Shown: piece after piece, positions 41,576-53,550 of the stretch
Layout of the letters: each line of letters starts with the position of its first letter
Position numbering within the stretch: position 1 is the stretch's first letter
Assembly: GCA_951406725.2 (NCBI GenBank)
Contig: OX597835.1
Span: forward strand, 33,046,001-33,110,000
DNA: 64,000 bases
From: Octopus vulgaris
Taxonomy: Eukaryota
Reading direction: 5' to 3'
Program-made: the position numbers and the translations under genes
The notes under the pieces: generated by a model
Told to the model about the DNA's origin: nothing
Database searches by the model: none
Seen by the model: only the letters and a program-made list of their open reading frames with translations

Positions 41576-42039
41576 ATAATAATAATAATAATAATATTTA
41601 ATAATAATTAATAATAATTAATAATGCCCTGATGCAGTACTAGGCAGTGGCTCTCGTGGCTTCTGATCATAACTGATTGGAAGTGTTATCATGTACATTG
41701 TTTTGTCTTGGTATAAAAGATGGGCTACAGCAAATATTCTGCTCAATACCACAGATTTGCTTGTCAGTTGTTTGACCTTAACTATTTGAGCATGTCCCTT
41801 AGTGCCTGACGATATGTGCATCTCTGATCACGAGCAGAAATGTTGAGAGGGATTCTTTGGGGTTTGAATAATTCACCTCTGGAAACATCGGTGTTTCGTT
41901 CAACATCTTTAAACAACCCATATTTAGGGACCTTTTGAGCAGGATGGGTTACTCGACCAGAAGAAAATTCTAACTGGGCTCCACCTGTAAGGTCATGCGC
42001 TCTTTATCTTGATATGAGATCACCATGTCATGCATATAT

Positions 42040-42269
42040 ATTTCTTTACTACCCACACGGGGCTAAACAAAGAGGGGACAAACAAGGACAGACAAAGGGA
42101 TTAAGTCGATTACATCGACCCCAGTGCGTAACTGGTACTTAATTTATCGACCCCGAAAGGATGAACGGCAAAGTCGACTCGGCGGAATTTGAACTCGGAA
42201 CGTAACGACAGATGAAATACGGCTACGAATTTCGCCCGGCGTGCTAACGTTTCTACCAGCTCGCCGCCT
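42040..42269 (-). mobile_element. SINE family B with 14-bp TSD
   Basis: tgtcatgcatatat at 42026-42039 and 42270-42283. Confidence 0.9.
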
Positions 42270-42403
42270 TGTCATGCATATATGGTTGTGATGCATGTGC
42301 CTGGTGTACCTTTATCAGTCGGGTAGTCATGATGGATATACTGGGCTTCGTATATTTTACCCCAGTGTCACTTTGATGGCATGCACTGCTCTCTCACTCA
42401 AGA

Positions 42404-42447
<44 letters not shown>

Positions 42448-42461
42448 GTAGTAGTAGTAGT

Positions 42462-42572
<111 letters not shown>

Positions 42573-43028
42573 CCTTTCTACTAAATGCACAAAAACTGAA
42601 ATTTTTGGGAGGAGACCAGTCGATTACATCGACCCCAGTGTTTCAGTGGTGCTTGATTTATCGACCCCGAAAGGATGAAAGGCTTATTCGGCCCCAGTAA
42701 AATTTGAAACCAGAACGTAAAGACAGCCGAAATGCCACTAAGCATTTTAACCGGTGTGTTAATGATTCCGCCAATTCTCTGTTATAGGCACAAAGACTGA
42801 ATTCTTCTGGAAAGGAACTCGTCGATTATATCGATTACAGTACTTTATTGGTTTTCAGTCCATCGATCGTGAAAGGTGGAAAGTCAAAGTCAAACTAGGC
42901 GGAATTTGAAATCGGATACTAAAAGCGGAAGAAATGCCTCGAAAGAAACAATAAACAACAATAACAGAGAAAGATAACGTTGAAGATGGTGAAACTAATG
43001 ATGATGAGGATGATGATGAGGATGATGA

Positions 43029-43062
<34 letters not shown>

Positions 43063-43444
43063 GGTGGAAGTGGTGATGATGATGATGATGATGATGGTGA
43101 TGAAGAAAAAATAAGACCAAGTATGCGATGAAAAGGAGGAGATGTAGGAGGAGAGAATGTGATTAACTATGGAATTAAAGAAAACATTTTGTTACTATAT
43201 TCACTATATTAATCAAAAAGTAATTATTTCTTCTTGCGTTTAGAACAATAGTTTGAAATGTAAGAGCACAGATTTGCGTAAACCCATTCGTTTAATTACG
43301 TATGCAAAATATGTAAATATGTATGTATGTATGTATGCATGTAAACAAACAAATACTTATACGTAAATCTGTACATTTATATTCCGACTATTGTTCGAAA
43401 CGCAAAAAGAAATAAATAAAAATTAATATTTATATATATAGACA

Positions 43445-43488
<44 letters not shown>

Positions 43489-43687
43489 CGCGCGTGTATG
43501 TATTTCTTTGTACAGTACAAATAACCTAAATTGAACGAGAAATCGATAGGTAGACAAAACATGATAGATTTATATAGGGACATGCATTTTATATATGCAT
43601 ATATATATATAAACATATATATATATATACATAAATATATATATACATATATATACATATATATATATATATATACAATATATATAC

Positions 43688-43732
<45 letters not shown>

Positions 43733-44598
43733 CACATATATAAATTATGAATATATATATGTGTACATCTCTTTCTCTCTCTCTCACTTTATATATATAT
43801 ATATATATGTGTGTGGGTGTGAGTGTGTGTATGTATGTATGTATGTATGTATGTATGTATATATGTATGTATGCGTGTATGTATGTATGAGCGAATTTGT
43901 GTTTAAATAAGTTATTACACATACAACTTCTAGTTCTGCACTTTCGTTTCATCCGATGTCAAGTAGATATCTCTGAGACACCGATACCTATTAACGAATC
44001 TAATGGTTCTGACCAGCGCTGAGGCTAGCAGGAAATGGTCAGATTCGTATAGTCGTAGGTGCAACATGTTTCTCAGTACCTTCTGATAGATGCAAAGAAC
44101 AAATAAAGATTTAATACCTCTGGAGACGTACACCAAATGATTATACATATGCATATAACTATAAACATATAAGTACATATTTATGTACCTATCTATCTAT
44201 TTATCTGCAAATATGTGTGTGTGTGTGTGTGTGTGTGCGTGTGTGTGTGTGTGTGTGTTGTGTGATGTCTGTGCGTTCATATTGACACGGTTCTTTAGTT
44301 CCTACCAACAAATTCTAATTCTTCTATACACAGAAATTTAATTTCCGTTGCTTCTTTCCGACCTCTCATATATAAAACGTGCGTGTGTGTGTGTGTGTGT
44401 GTGTGCATGTGTGTGTGTGTGTGTGCATTTATATAAAAATACGTTAGGTATAAAACACCTTTCAATATTTATACATATAGTTTTACCTCTAATTCCCATT
44501 AAATCACCACACCACTCCGACACACGTAATGCAATTTGGTTACATACCTTTCAACATTTATAGATTTATTTTCTGCCTTTAATTCTCATTAAATATGC

Positions 44599-44636
<38 letters not shown>

Positions 44637-44651
44637 TTGTAGTATATCCAT

Positions 44652-44717
<66 letters not shown>

Positions 44718-45242
44718 AAAGCTATAAACCTATAAAAACCTTTCCACAGTAATATATATTTCCAGCCTCTAATGCTCATTAAATCTACATTTTTCACTAG
44801 TTCCTCTGTGCGCATGCGTATACACCGACATAAATGCTTGCATGCATCCACTACCCACACAGTCATATACTCGCACCTGCATACATGCATAAACACCATA
44901 CATACATATGTATATATATACATGTATATGCGTACATCTATTCCTAACGTATATTTACATACAAAGTCGTGCGCATATAAAATACGGTTTTTTTTATTCT
45001 TCCTGCAATGCTCATTAATTCTACAATTCTCTCCTTCGCTTTCTTCTCTTCCCTCTCCTTATCTCTCTCTTACTCTGCCTCATTCTATCCCTCCTCCTTT
45101 GCAGAAATATTGATCACCAAATTCTTCAATTGATGTTCATCAACGAGAGAATAAATTCACCTTAAAGTAAGACTTTGACTGAAATGAAAGAAAAACAATA
45201 TAATGCATAGGTTCACCGCATTTATTACAGATAGAACACTCG

Positions 45243-45330
45243 ACAGTATTCTGTTGTATATTTTTATACAACAGAATACTGTTGTATATTTTTATACAAC
45301 AGAATACTGTTGTATATTGTTGTATATTTT
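45243..45330. repeat. 18-bp-stem hairpin within a 28-bp tandem repeat
   Basis: acagtattctgttgtata-tttt-tatacaacagaatactgt, then the unit repeats. Confidence 0.9.
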
Positions 45331-45737
45331 TATCCTTAAAACACCGGTTGAATTACTGATGCTGTTGTTGCTGTTGTTGTTGCTGTTGTTGTTATTGTTG
45401 CTGTTGTTGTTGAAGTTGATTCTATCGCAGTTGTTGTTGTTGTTGTCGTCGTCGCTGTTGTTATATATTTTAAAGGTTTTTTATTTCGGTCGTTATTCCC
45501 ACATACCTCTTAACCGTTTCAATAAAATATTTTTGCAAATATTAATAGCAACATACCTCATAAATATATACATATGAATGCACGTATGTATGTATGCATG
45601 AAGGTGTATACACACACACACACGCACAAACCCCCCCATATATATATATATATATATATATATCAAAATCAGTAAAGAAGTAGGAAGACAAATAATGATA
45701 ATAATAATAATAATAATATTAAAGATAATGATGATGA

Positions 45738-45849
<112 letters not shown>

Positions 45850-46002
45850 TCTGTCGTTGAATAGAGTTGTCTGCGAAAAGATCTTTAAAATGCAGAAATG
45901 GAATGGTAAACGAATAATACACAGAATCGAAATAACCATAAAATAAACAAACACATAAAGGATATAATGTATCAGAGAAATATTTAAATTAGAATATATG
46001 TG

Positions 46003-46049
<47 letters not shown>

Positions 46050-46224
46050 CGTATAGTGTCAAATACGGTGTCCTGCCATCCAGGTGGGATGCAAAGCGTT
46101 TTGCAGGACAGTCCCTCAGCAAAGTCTACATGTTTGGCATTACAGCGGTCAGCAACTTGTTTACATATTCAGTCTGTAAACAAGTATGTAAACAAGTGCC
46201 ATACTCTCAACAATACGCCCTTAA

Positions 46225-46590
46225 ATATGGTTTCTGATTACAAATCACTTGGGTCATACATATCATCATCTGGAAAAGACTTTCTAACTAGAAAGGGTAT
46301 GGCCTGGTCAGCCTGTAATGATATGCATAAGATCTCGTCATCAAATCTAAGTAGAGACTTCAAACTTAAAATCTTCAAAGCCACAGTCGAACCAATTCTA
46401 CTATATGGCTCAGAAACCTGGACGTAATCAAAGAAGCTTGAGAGGCGGTTGGATGGAACTTAGACTCGCCTACTTATGAGAGCTCAAAATCTCTCGTGGA
46501 AGCGTCATCCAACCAAAATAGAAATATATGAACAACTACCTGTATCATCTCTTGTGAAAGGTAGGAGAGTCCATTGTTGTAGAGCTGGTT
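46225..46590 (+). mobile_element. RTE-like LINE RT C-terminal fragment, same family as the 38-kb pieces
   Basis: YKSLGSYI..KLKIFKATVEPILLYGSETWT; 3' end overlaps gtgaaaggtag.agagtcca of ~38000. Confidence 0.82.
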
Positions 46591-46906
46591 GTGAATCAAT
46601 TGGTGTGAGCTCTGTCGTTGTGCTGCCAGGGTTGGTATTAACCGGACTGAAACTCGGACTTGGTGAAGGCTGGCTGGCTGGTTGGCTGGAGTGTCAAGTA
46701 ACATTAATTACTGATGTGTTCTGTGCCATGTTTGGAGCAGCGTCATATAAACGCGTTTTATTATGTGTCCACGGTATGAAACTGTTAGTAAGTCATATTT
46801 AAATGCTTTGTATATTAAATTATATTTATTTGTTTCTGGATGGACTACATGAAAGAGGAAATGTAATACGTGAGTGTGCGTGTGCGCACGTGTGTATTAT
46901 ATATGG

Positions 46907-46956
<50 letters not shown>

Positions 46957-47039
46957 ATATGGGTGTATATATATATATATACATATGTATATATATATAC
47001 ATTTATATAAATATATATGGGACAAATACAGACACACAA

Positions 47040-47116
<77 letters not shown>

Positions 47117-47119
47117 TAT

Positions 47120-47282
47120 ACGACGAGCTTCTTTCAGTTTCCGTCTACCAAATCCACTCACAAGGCTTCGGTCGACCCGAGGCGCTAGTAGAAGACACTT
47201 GCCCAAGATGCCACGCAGTGGGACTGAACCCACAACCACGTAGTTGGCAAGCAAGCTAATTACCACACAGCTACTTCTGCGC
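47120..47282 (-). mobile_element. SINE family C head adjoining (TA)n/(CA)n
   Basis: ctttcagtttccgtctaccaaatccactcacaaggct...gcagtgggactgaaccc. Confidence 0.85.
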
Positions 47283-47989
47283 TAATCAGTGATAGTCGAG
47301 GAACTGCGGTCAAAACGAGTGTTTAGTGTTTTAACATGTTTATTATGGATACAGGCGCCAAGAGCCATGCCAGTTATCATAGCGGTTACAGAATGAATAA
47401 AACAGCTTCATGATGGATATTTGATGTTGGGTGATGGTCTGCTAAAAGATCCAGTGAAATCAGTTTGAAGGCAAGATCTTTTTTATCTGCAATGAGGAGA
47501 CGAAACCTGGTTTCATCAGAATTTAGTAAATCTGTGTAGCATTGCAGCTGTGAGCGTATGCACAGTAATCCTTGTGAGTTAGATCAATGTTTTCTAAAGA
47601 CAATTTGCAAATAGTAGTGCCAGCTCTCCTGTGTTACAATTACGTCATTCAATAACTTTTATTTCAGAAGTACAATACATGACATGAAGCAGTAAATATT
47701 TATCCAATGAACTGCGTGTAAGAGATGTCGTCACGAATCTCAGCACACGCTACTAATGCCTCGGTTGTTTCTTCTCTAAAGGCTCCTCAATCCATTTGAT
47801 TATGTAATCAATTATGGAATCAACAGATGTTAATTAAAGAGATAATAGTTTATTTTAAGTGAGAACAACAAGATTTATTTTTAAGGTAGAATAGATGCTT
47901 GCTATACAATCGTACCTTTCCTACACTGAATTCAAAACGATAGACCAACCTCAAAATTCTTCTGGAAATCAAATAATGTGCTGTAACAT

Positions 47990-48166
47990 GAATGCTACGT
48001 TTTATTTTCTATAAGCACAATACTACGGGCTTCTACAAAAAACTGCAGCTTTATATACTTGTACTATAAGCAAAGAACTATAGACTTCTGCTACAATCAG
48101 ATTACTACGTCCTTCTACTATGACCACACTACTATGGACTCCTACAGTAACAATAATACAGCTGGC
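47990..48166 (+). repeat. Degenerate ~27-bp minisatellite that resumes at 51621-51730
   Basis: Units such as cttctactatgaccacactactatgga and cttctgctacaatcagattactacgtc. Confidence 0.7.
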
Positions 48167-48568
48167 GGATCTTTTCGGTTTGAACGGCAGTTTTTAACAT
48201 AAATTCTAGGTAACTGAAAAATGTTAAACTTCGTATACTGGTAGAATGTGTTTATAAAACATCTTTTTCTCTTGGCTTTCTATAGTTTGTAAGATATTTG
48301 TTGTTTTTTTCTTCAATTTCTGCAATTTCAACCAATCACTGATGTCTTTTGAGGTAAAAAAAACATTCTGTGCCATAAAAACATTCTGTCCCTCGTTTAA
48401 GAAACAGATTGGTTTATTTACATTTGTGAAGAAAAAAAGATACACTTCCCCCCACCCATAACCCTAAAACAGATTGAAATGCAATAGATCGATACTAGGG
48501 TCATAATTGTGGGTGACAATTTCATATGACACCGCTAGAAAAAACTGTCGTTCAAACCGAAAAGATTC
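48167..48568 (+). mobile_element. MITE copy 1 (29-bp TIR), left end of the composite unit
   Basis: ggatcttttcggtttgaacggcagttttt ... aaaaactgtcgttcaaaccgaaaagattc. Confidence 0.92.
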
Positions 48569-48930
48569 CATTCGGTTGTGCAAATTCTTTGCACGGGAAA
48601 CCTGCCCTGTGTGACGTGTTTCCCGATTTTGTAAATTTGTTTTCGGCTTTCCTAGCCATTTCTGTTTTGAGCATGGAGTCTTCAAGCCATGAAGTCGTCG
48701 TTGCGAAGAACACCGGTTTCCTTGACAACGCCTACGACAGTGATTTCCATACCCTGCCTTCACCACAGCTTCATGAAGGGGGGGGAGAAGGGGAGGAGCG
48801 ACACAGGTGCAGTTGTGAGCATGAACACCAACACTGCCGCCACCGACACACGAAAAAATTGAAAGGACCCAGACGACAGCTTCACAGTCAACTACGGACA
48901 ACTCTGCCGCAAACATCACCATCACCACCA
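48569..48930 (+). mobile_element. Putative Tx1 5' UTR / ORF1-start fragment
   Basis: Repeated at 49060-49435 and 51030-51179; MESSSHEVVVAKNTG frame; followed by (CTAT)n. Confidence 0.55.
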
Positions 48931-48947
48931 CTGTCTGTCTGTCTGTA

Positions 48948-49002
<55 letters not shown>

Positions 49003-49059
49003 ATCTATCTATCTATCTATCTATCTATATATCTATCTATCTATCTATCCATCTATCTA

Positions 49060-49540
49060 TGTAAAAGTTTTGCAACAACTAATACATTCGGTTGTGCAAA
49101 TTCTTTGCACGGGAAACCTGCCCTGTGTGACGTGTTTCCCGATTGTGTAAATTTGTTTTCAGCTTTCCTAGCCATTTCTGTTTTGAGCATGGAGTCTTCA
49201 AGCCATGAAGTCGTCGTTGCGAAGAACACCGGTCTCCTTGACGACGCTTACGACGTTGATTTCTCTACCCTGCCTTCCCCACAGCTTTATGAAGGATGGG
49301 AGAAGGGGAGAAGCAGCACAGGTGCAGGTGTGAGTATGAACGCCAACAACGCCACCGACACACAACAAATTCAAAGCACCCAGACGACAACTTCACGGTC
49401 AACTACGGACAACTCTGCCACAAACATCACCATTGTTGTTTTTTTTTTTGCTTTTTTCTCTTCCCCCCCCTCGAAAAGAAAAACTCTACATTGTAATTGT
49501 CCCTTCTGTATTTAGCCCTGTGTGGCCAATAAATAGATTA
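49060..49540 (+). mobile_element. Short non-autonomous element: putative 5' part fused to a Tx1 3' tail, flanked by (CTAT)n
   Basis: 3' ~90 bp match 50665-50750. Confidence 0.7.
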
Positions 49541-49592
49541 TCTATCTATCTATCTATATATCATTATCACTCTTTATCTATCTCTCTATCTT

Positions 49593-49679
<87 letters not shown>

Positions 49680-49741
49680 CTCTATCTATCTTTATCTAAC
49701 TATCTATCTATCTATATGTCTGTCTGTCTGTCTATCCATCT

Positions 49742-50752
49742 ACGTCGACGAGGAATACCTGACCCGCCTGTATGGGACGACTTTCGGGCCAGGGCCCATG
49801 GACAGCTTCCAGAGATCCCTGGCCTGGCAGTGCTACCGAGAAGCGCTACCCGTTCGGGATAAGCTCTACAGATACGGCTCGAGAAACACGGGGCCGACCT
49901 GCCCGAGATGCGGTCAGAGCGACGAAACCGTTCTGCACGCACTCGTGCAGTGTCCAAGAATTTCCGACCTGTGGGCTTGTGTCGAACAACTGCTGTCACG
50001 TGTGGGACGAGTCGGTTTATCAGCTGAGTCTATCGTCAATATTGTCACGCCTCCTTCCTTCAAACGGGAAGGAAGAGCTATTTTCATCATCCTTGTGGCT
50101 ATGGCGAAAGAATGTATCTGGTGGACGCGTCTGAAAGGATTGGAGACAAACACTTTCCTCTCTGGTCAAACTCTCATCAACTTCTTCAAGTACCACTTGA
50201 AAAGGAAAGTGAGAGTAGAGAGGCAAGTTTTGTCTAGCGAACGTTTTAAAAAAAGATGGGTGAATGTAGCAAGGATGGCACGTATGAATGACGAAGCCAC
50301 CTTTCTGGGTCCTATGAACCCAGAAATTGAAAACAGAGGGTTACCCACTTGCAAACAAATGTGGTAACATATAACAATATTGACCGAGGTTACCGTGGTC
50401 TTTTTCGTAGGCTTTTCTTCCCACGGATAAACCTTACTTGCTTTCCCCTTTACACCATACATCATGACACTGTGATACACGATCCCTATTGATGGTTTTT
50501 TTTTCTCTTCCCCTTTTTTCCTCTTTTCTCTTCTTTTTTCATTTTTCTTTGCTTTTGTTCCTTTTCCCTCTTTTCATTTTTTTTCTTTTCCTTTTTTTTC
50601 TTTTTTTCCTTTTATTTGTTGTTTTTTCCCTTTTACGATCCCTTTTGATCGAAAACCTACGCCACTTTTTTTTTTCTCCCCCAAAAGAAAAGCTCTACCT
50701 TGTAACTTGTCCCATCTGTGTGCAGCCCTGTGTGGCATATAAAGAAACTTTT
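49742..50752 (+). mobile_element. 5'-truncated Tx1-like LINE (second family) in (CTAT)n
   Basis: SLAWQCYREALPVRDKL..TCPRCGQSDETVLHALVQC..KECIWWTR..FKYHLKRK, homologous to the ORF2 end at 8934-9500; T-rich 3' UTR. Confidence 0.9.
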
Positions 50753-50829
50753 CTATCTATCTATCTATCTCTCTATCTATCTTTATCTATCTCTCTATCT
50801 ATCTTTATCTAGCTATGTATCTATCTTTG

Positions 50830-50865
<36 letters not shown>

Positions 50866-50884
50866 ACTGTCTATCTATCTATCG

Positions 50885-50925
<41 letters not shown>

Positions 50926-51179
50926 CCTATCTATCTATCTACCTATCTCATGGACGGACGATAGTCACATCGGCTCGTAGTAAGTTTGCCCTTTACTGCC
51001 TTTAAAAGTTGTGTATTGTATTGTCTTTTTTATGTAAAAGTTGTGCAACAACTAATACATTCGGTTGTGCAAATTCTTTGCACCGGAAACCTGCCCCGTG
51101 TGGCATGTTTCCAGATTTTGTAAATTTGCTCTCGGCTTTCCTAGCCATTTCTATTTTGAGGATGGCGTCTTCAAGCCAT

Positions 51180-51620
51180 GATTCTTTTCGGTTTGAACGG
51201 CAGTTTTTTAAAATAATTTCCACGTAACTAAACACTTTTAAACTTTGTATACTGGTAGAATGTGTTTATCAAACATCTTTTTTTCTTGGCTTTATTGAGA
51301 AAATTCTATAGTTTGTAAGATATTTGTTGTTTTTTCTTCAATTTCTGCAATTTCAACCAATCAAATACGTCGATTGAGGTTAAAAAAACATTTTGTGCCG
51401 TATGAATATGTCCCTCGTTTAAGAAACAGATTGGGTTTATTTACATTTGTAAAGAAAAAAAGATACTCTTCCACCACCCCTAACATGAACCCGAACCCTA
51501 ATTCTAACCCTAACCTTAAAACAGATTGAAATGCAATAGATCAATTCTAGGGTCATAATTATGGGTGACAATTTCATATGACACCGCTAGAAAAAACTGC
51601 CGTTCAAACCGAAAAGATCC
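51180..51620 (+). mobile_element. MITE copy 2, right end of the composite unit
   Basis: Colinear with copy 1; ends aaaaactgccgttcaaaccgaaaagatcc; internal ccctaa-like repeats at ~51478-51517. Confidence 0.92.
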
Positions 51621-52597
51621 CAGCTGGCTTCTATTATGACTGAATTATGTACTTCTATTTATCAATGTACTATATACTTCTATATCCACTGAACTATAAC
51701 CACGTTGCTATCTGCTTCTACTGTAAATACAGCGCCATCATCCGGTTTCTGTGTCTGTAGAGGAGATAACCAATCCGAAATGCTTGCATCTCACAGTATG
51801 GATAGGTGGCGCAGCGAGCTGATTCAAGTGTATTTACACCATTTGTCTACAGCGAAAAAATTCCTCCAAGAAAAAAAAACACAGTGAATGGCTTATTTAC
51901 AGGTCCGAACGAGCTACTGGTATATTCGAACTAGTAATAAAAGGGCATTTGTAAATACCGTGATATGTAGTTCTATCTTGACTAAAAACTGTAATTCTAC
52001 TATAACCACTGTACTATAAAAATATATTATACACATCTGCTATGAATATGTTGACTATGCTACAGCTTGGCCTTAACTTTAATAGCTAAAAGATACTAAA
52101 TAAATACGTTTATTCTTCTTATAGAATAATTATTAATCGTTGTTATAACAACTGTGACTAATCGTTGTAATATTGTTTGTCTTTGAGCAACATCGACTTT
52201 CAATTGTAATTCTATTTCAGACGATAATCATAAATTAATTCAGGATTCTGTTAAAGTCACATAAAATTACAGAACTAAATCAATTACACAAACTTTAAAT
52301 GCGCCAAAATTCTCCAGTTGCTCATCACAACTAACATATTTTTGGAAAGAAATGTAAGTCAAAAACATTGATCAATATCAAAGACATTGTCGGCAAATTC
52401 CTATGCAATATATGTTTCCAGAATTAAATAAGTGACCGTAAGATCGTCACATCAAGATCCTACAGCTGTCCTACTATATAATCATTTAGAGATTTTAACT
52501 GTTTCTGTCTCCGTTATATCATTAATACGTGACTTCTGCACATTTTCATTGTTCACAAACTTTATTTCCTTCTAATCCGATTTTGGCTCGGTAATAC

Positions 52598-53550
52598 AGG
52601 TCCTAAATCTTAATTTAAATCTTGGTGATCATTCCGATGATCAGGTTTGATGCGAATTCCTCGTTGAGGAACTGATAACACTTTCTTCCAGTAGACTTAA
52701 TTCCGCTCATCGAGAGTCTATTCTAACATTTCCAATCTATTTATGCTTCAGAACACAGAGGAGAGATCTAAAACAACGGCAGATCAAAAACGTTATTCGA
52801 AATCCTTATTTCTTCTTGCTAACTCACTTTTCTCTTTTCTTCTTTTTTTCTATTTTACTTTCTTCACCTGTGAGGGATTATTTATGAGTTTGGCGCTAAA
52901 TAATGAAGACCCGGAGATAACCACCATGTCGATATTGGGACATGGTTTCGCGTCATAGATTCCTTTCCGTAAAAAGTAAAATTCGCATTTTTTCAAACTT
53001 ATTTCAGTTAACTAAAAGAACTTTTGACTTAGTTAAATATGTCTATCGTCTTTAATCACTGTTGTTTTGTCCCACCCCCATAAAAGCAGTTTTTAAAAAA
53101 TTATGTTAAATGAAGCGGTGATAATTGAATAACAGAAAAGAATTATTCTGTTGTGTCTGGAGAGAGTCATTTTCTTTTTGTGCCTTACAAAGTAACACAC
53201 TCACCGGTAAAAGTTCCACACAAGGTCCTAAATCTTAATTTAAATCTTGGCGATTATTTCGATGATCAGGTTTGATGCGAATTCCTCGTTGACGAACTGA
53301 TAACACTTTCTTCCAGTAGACTTAATTCCTCTCACCGAGAGACTATTCTAACATTTCCAATCCATTTATGCTTCAGAACACAGAACAGAGATCTAAAACA
53401 ATTGGAGAACAAACAAGTTATTCAAATCCCTTATTTCTTCTTGCCATGTCACTTTTCCCTTCTCTTTTCTGGTTTTTATGTTATTCCAACGGTGAAGGAT
53501 TATTTATCTGTTTGGTGCTGAATAATGAAGACCCAGAGATAACCACCTTG
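52598..53550. repeat. ~330-bp direct duplication (52598-52930 and 53223-53550)
   Basis: aggtcctaaatcttaatttaaatcttgg...aataatgaagacc..gagataaccacc in both. Confidence 0.9.

Noticed and set aside
48526-49515. 329-aa ORF with internal repeat
   Set aside because: Chance read-through from a MITE end across duplicated TE pieces and (CTAT)n.
47990-51730. CRISPR-like or mucin-coding periodicity
   Set aside because: Degenerate tandem units without constant repeat and unique spacer; stops and length changes argue against coding.
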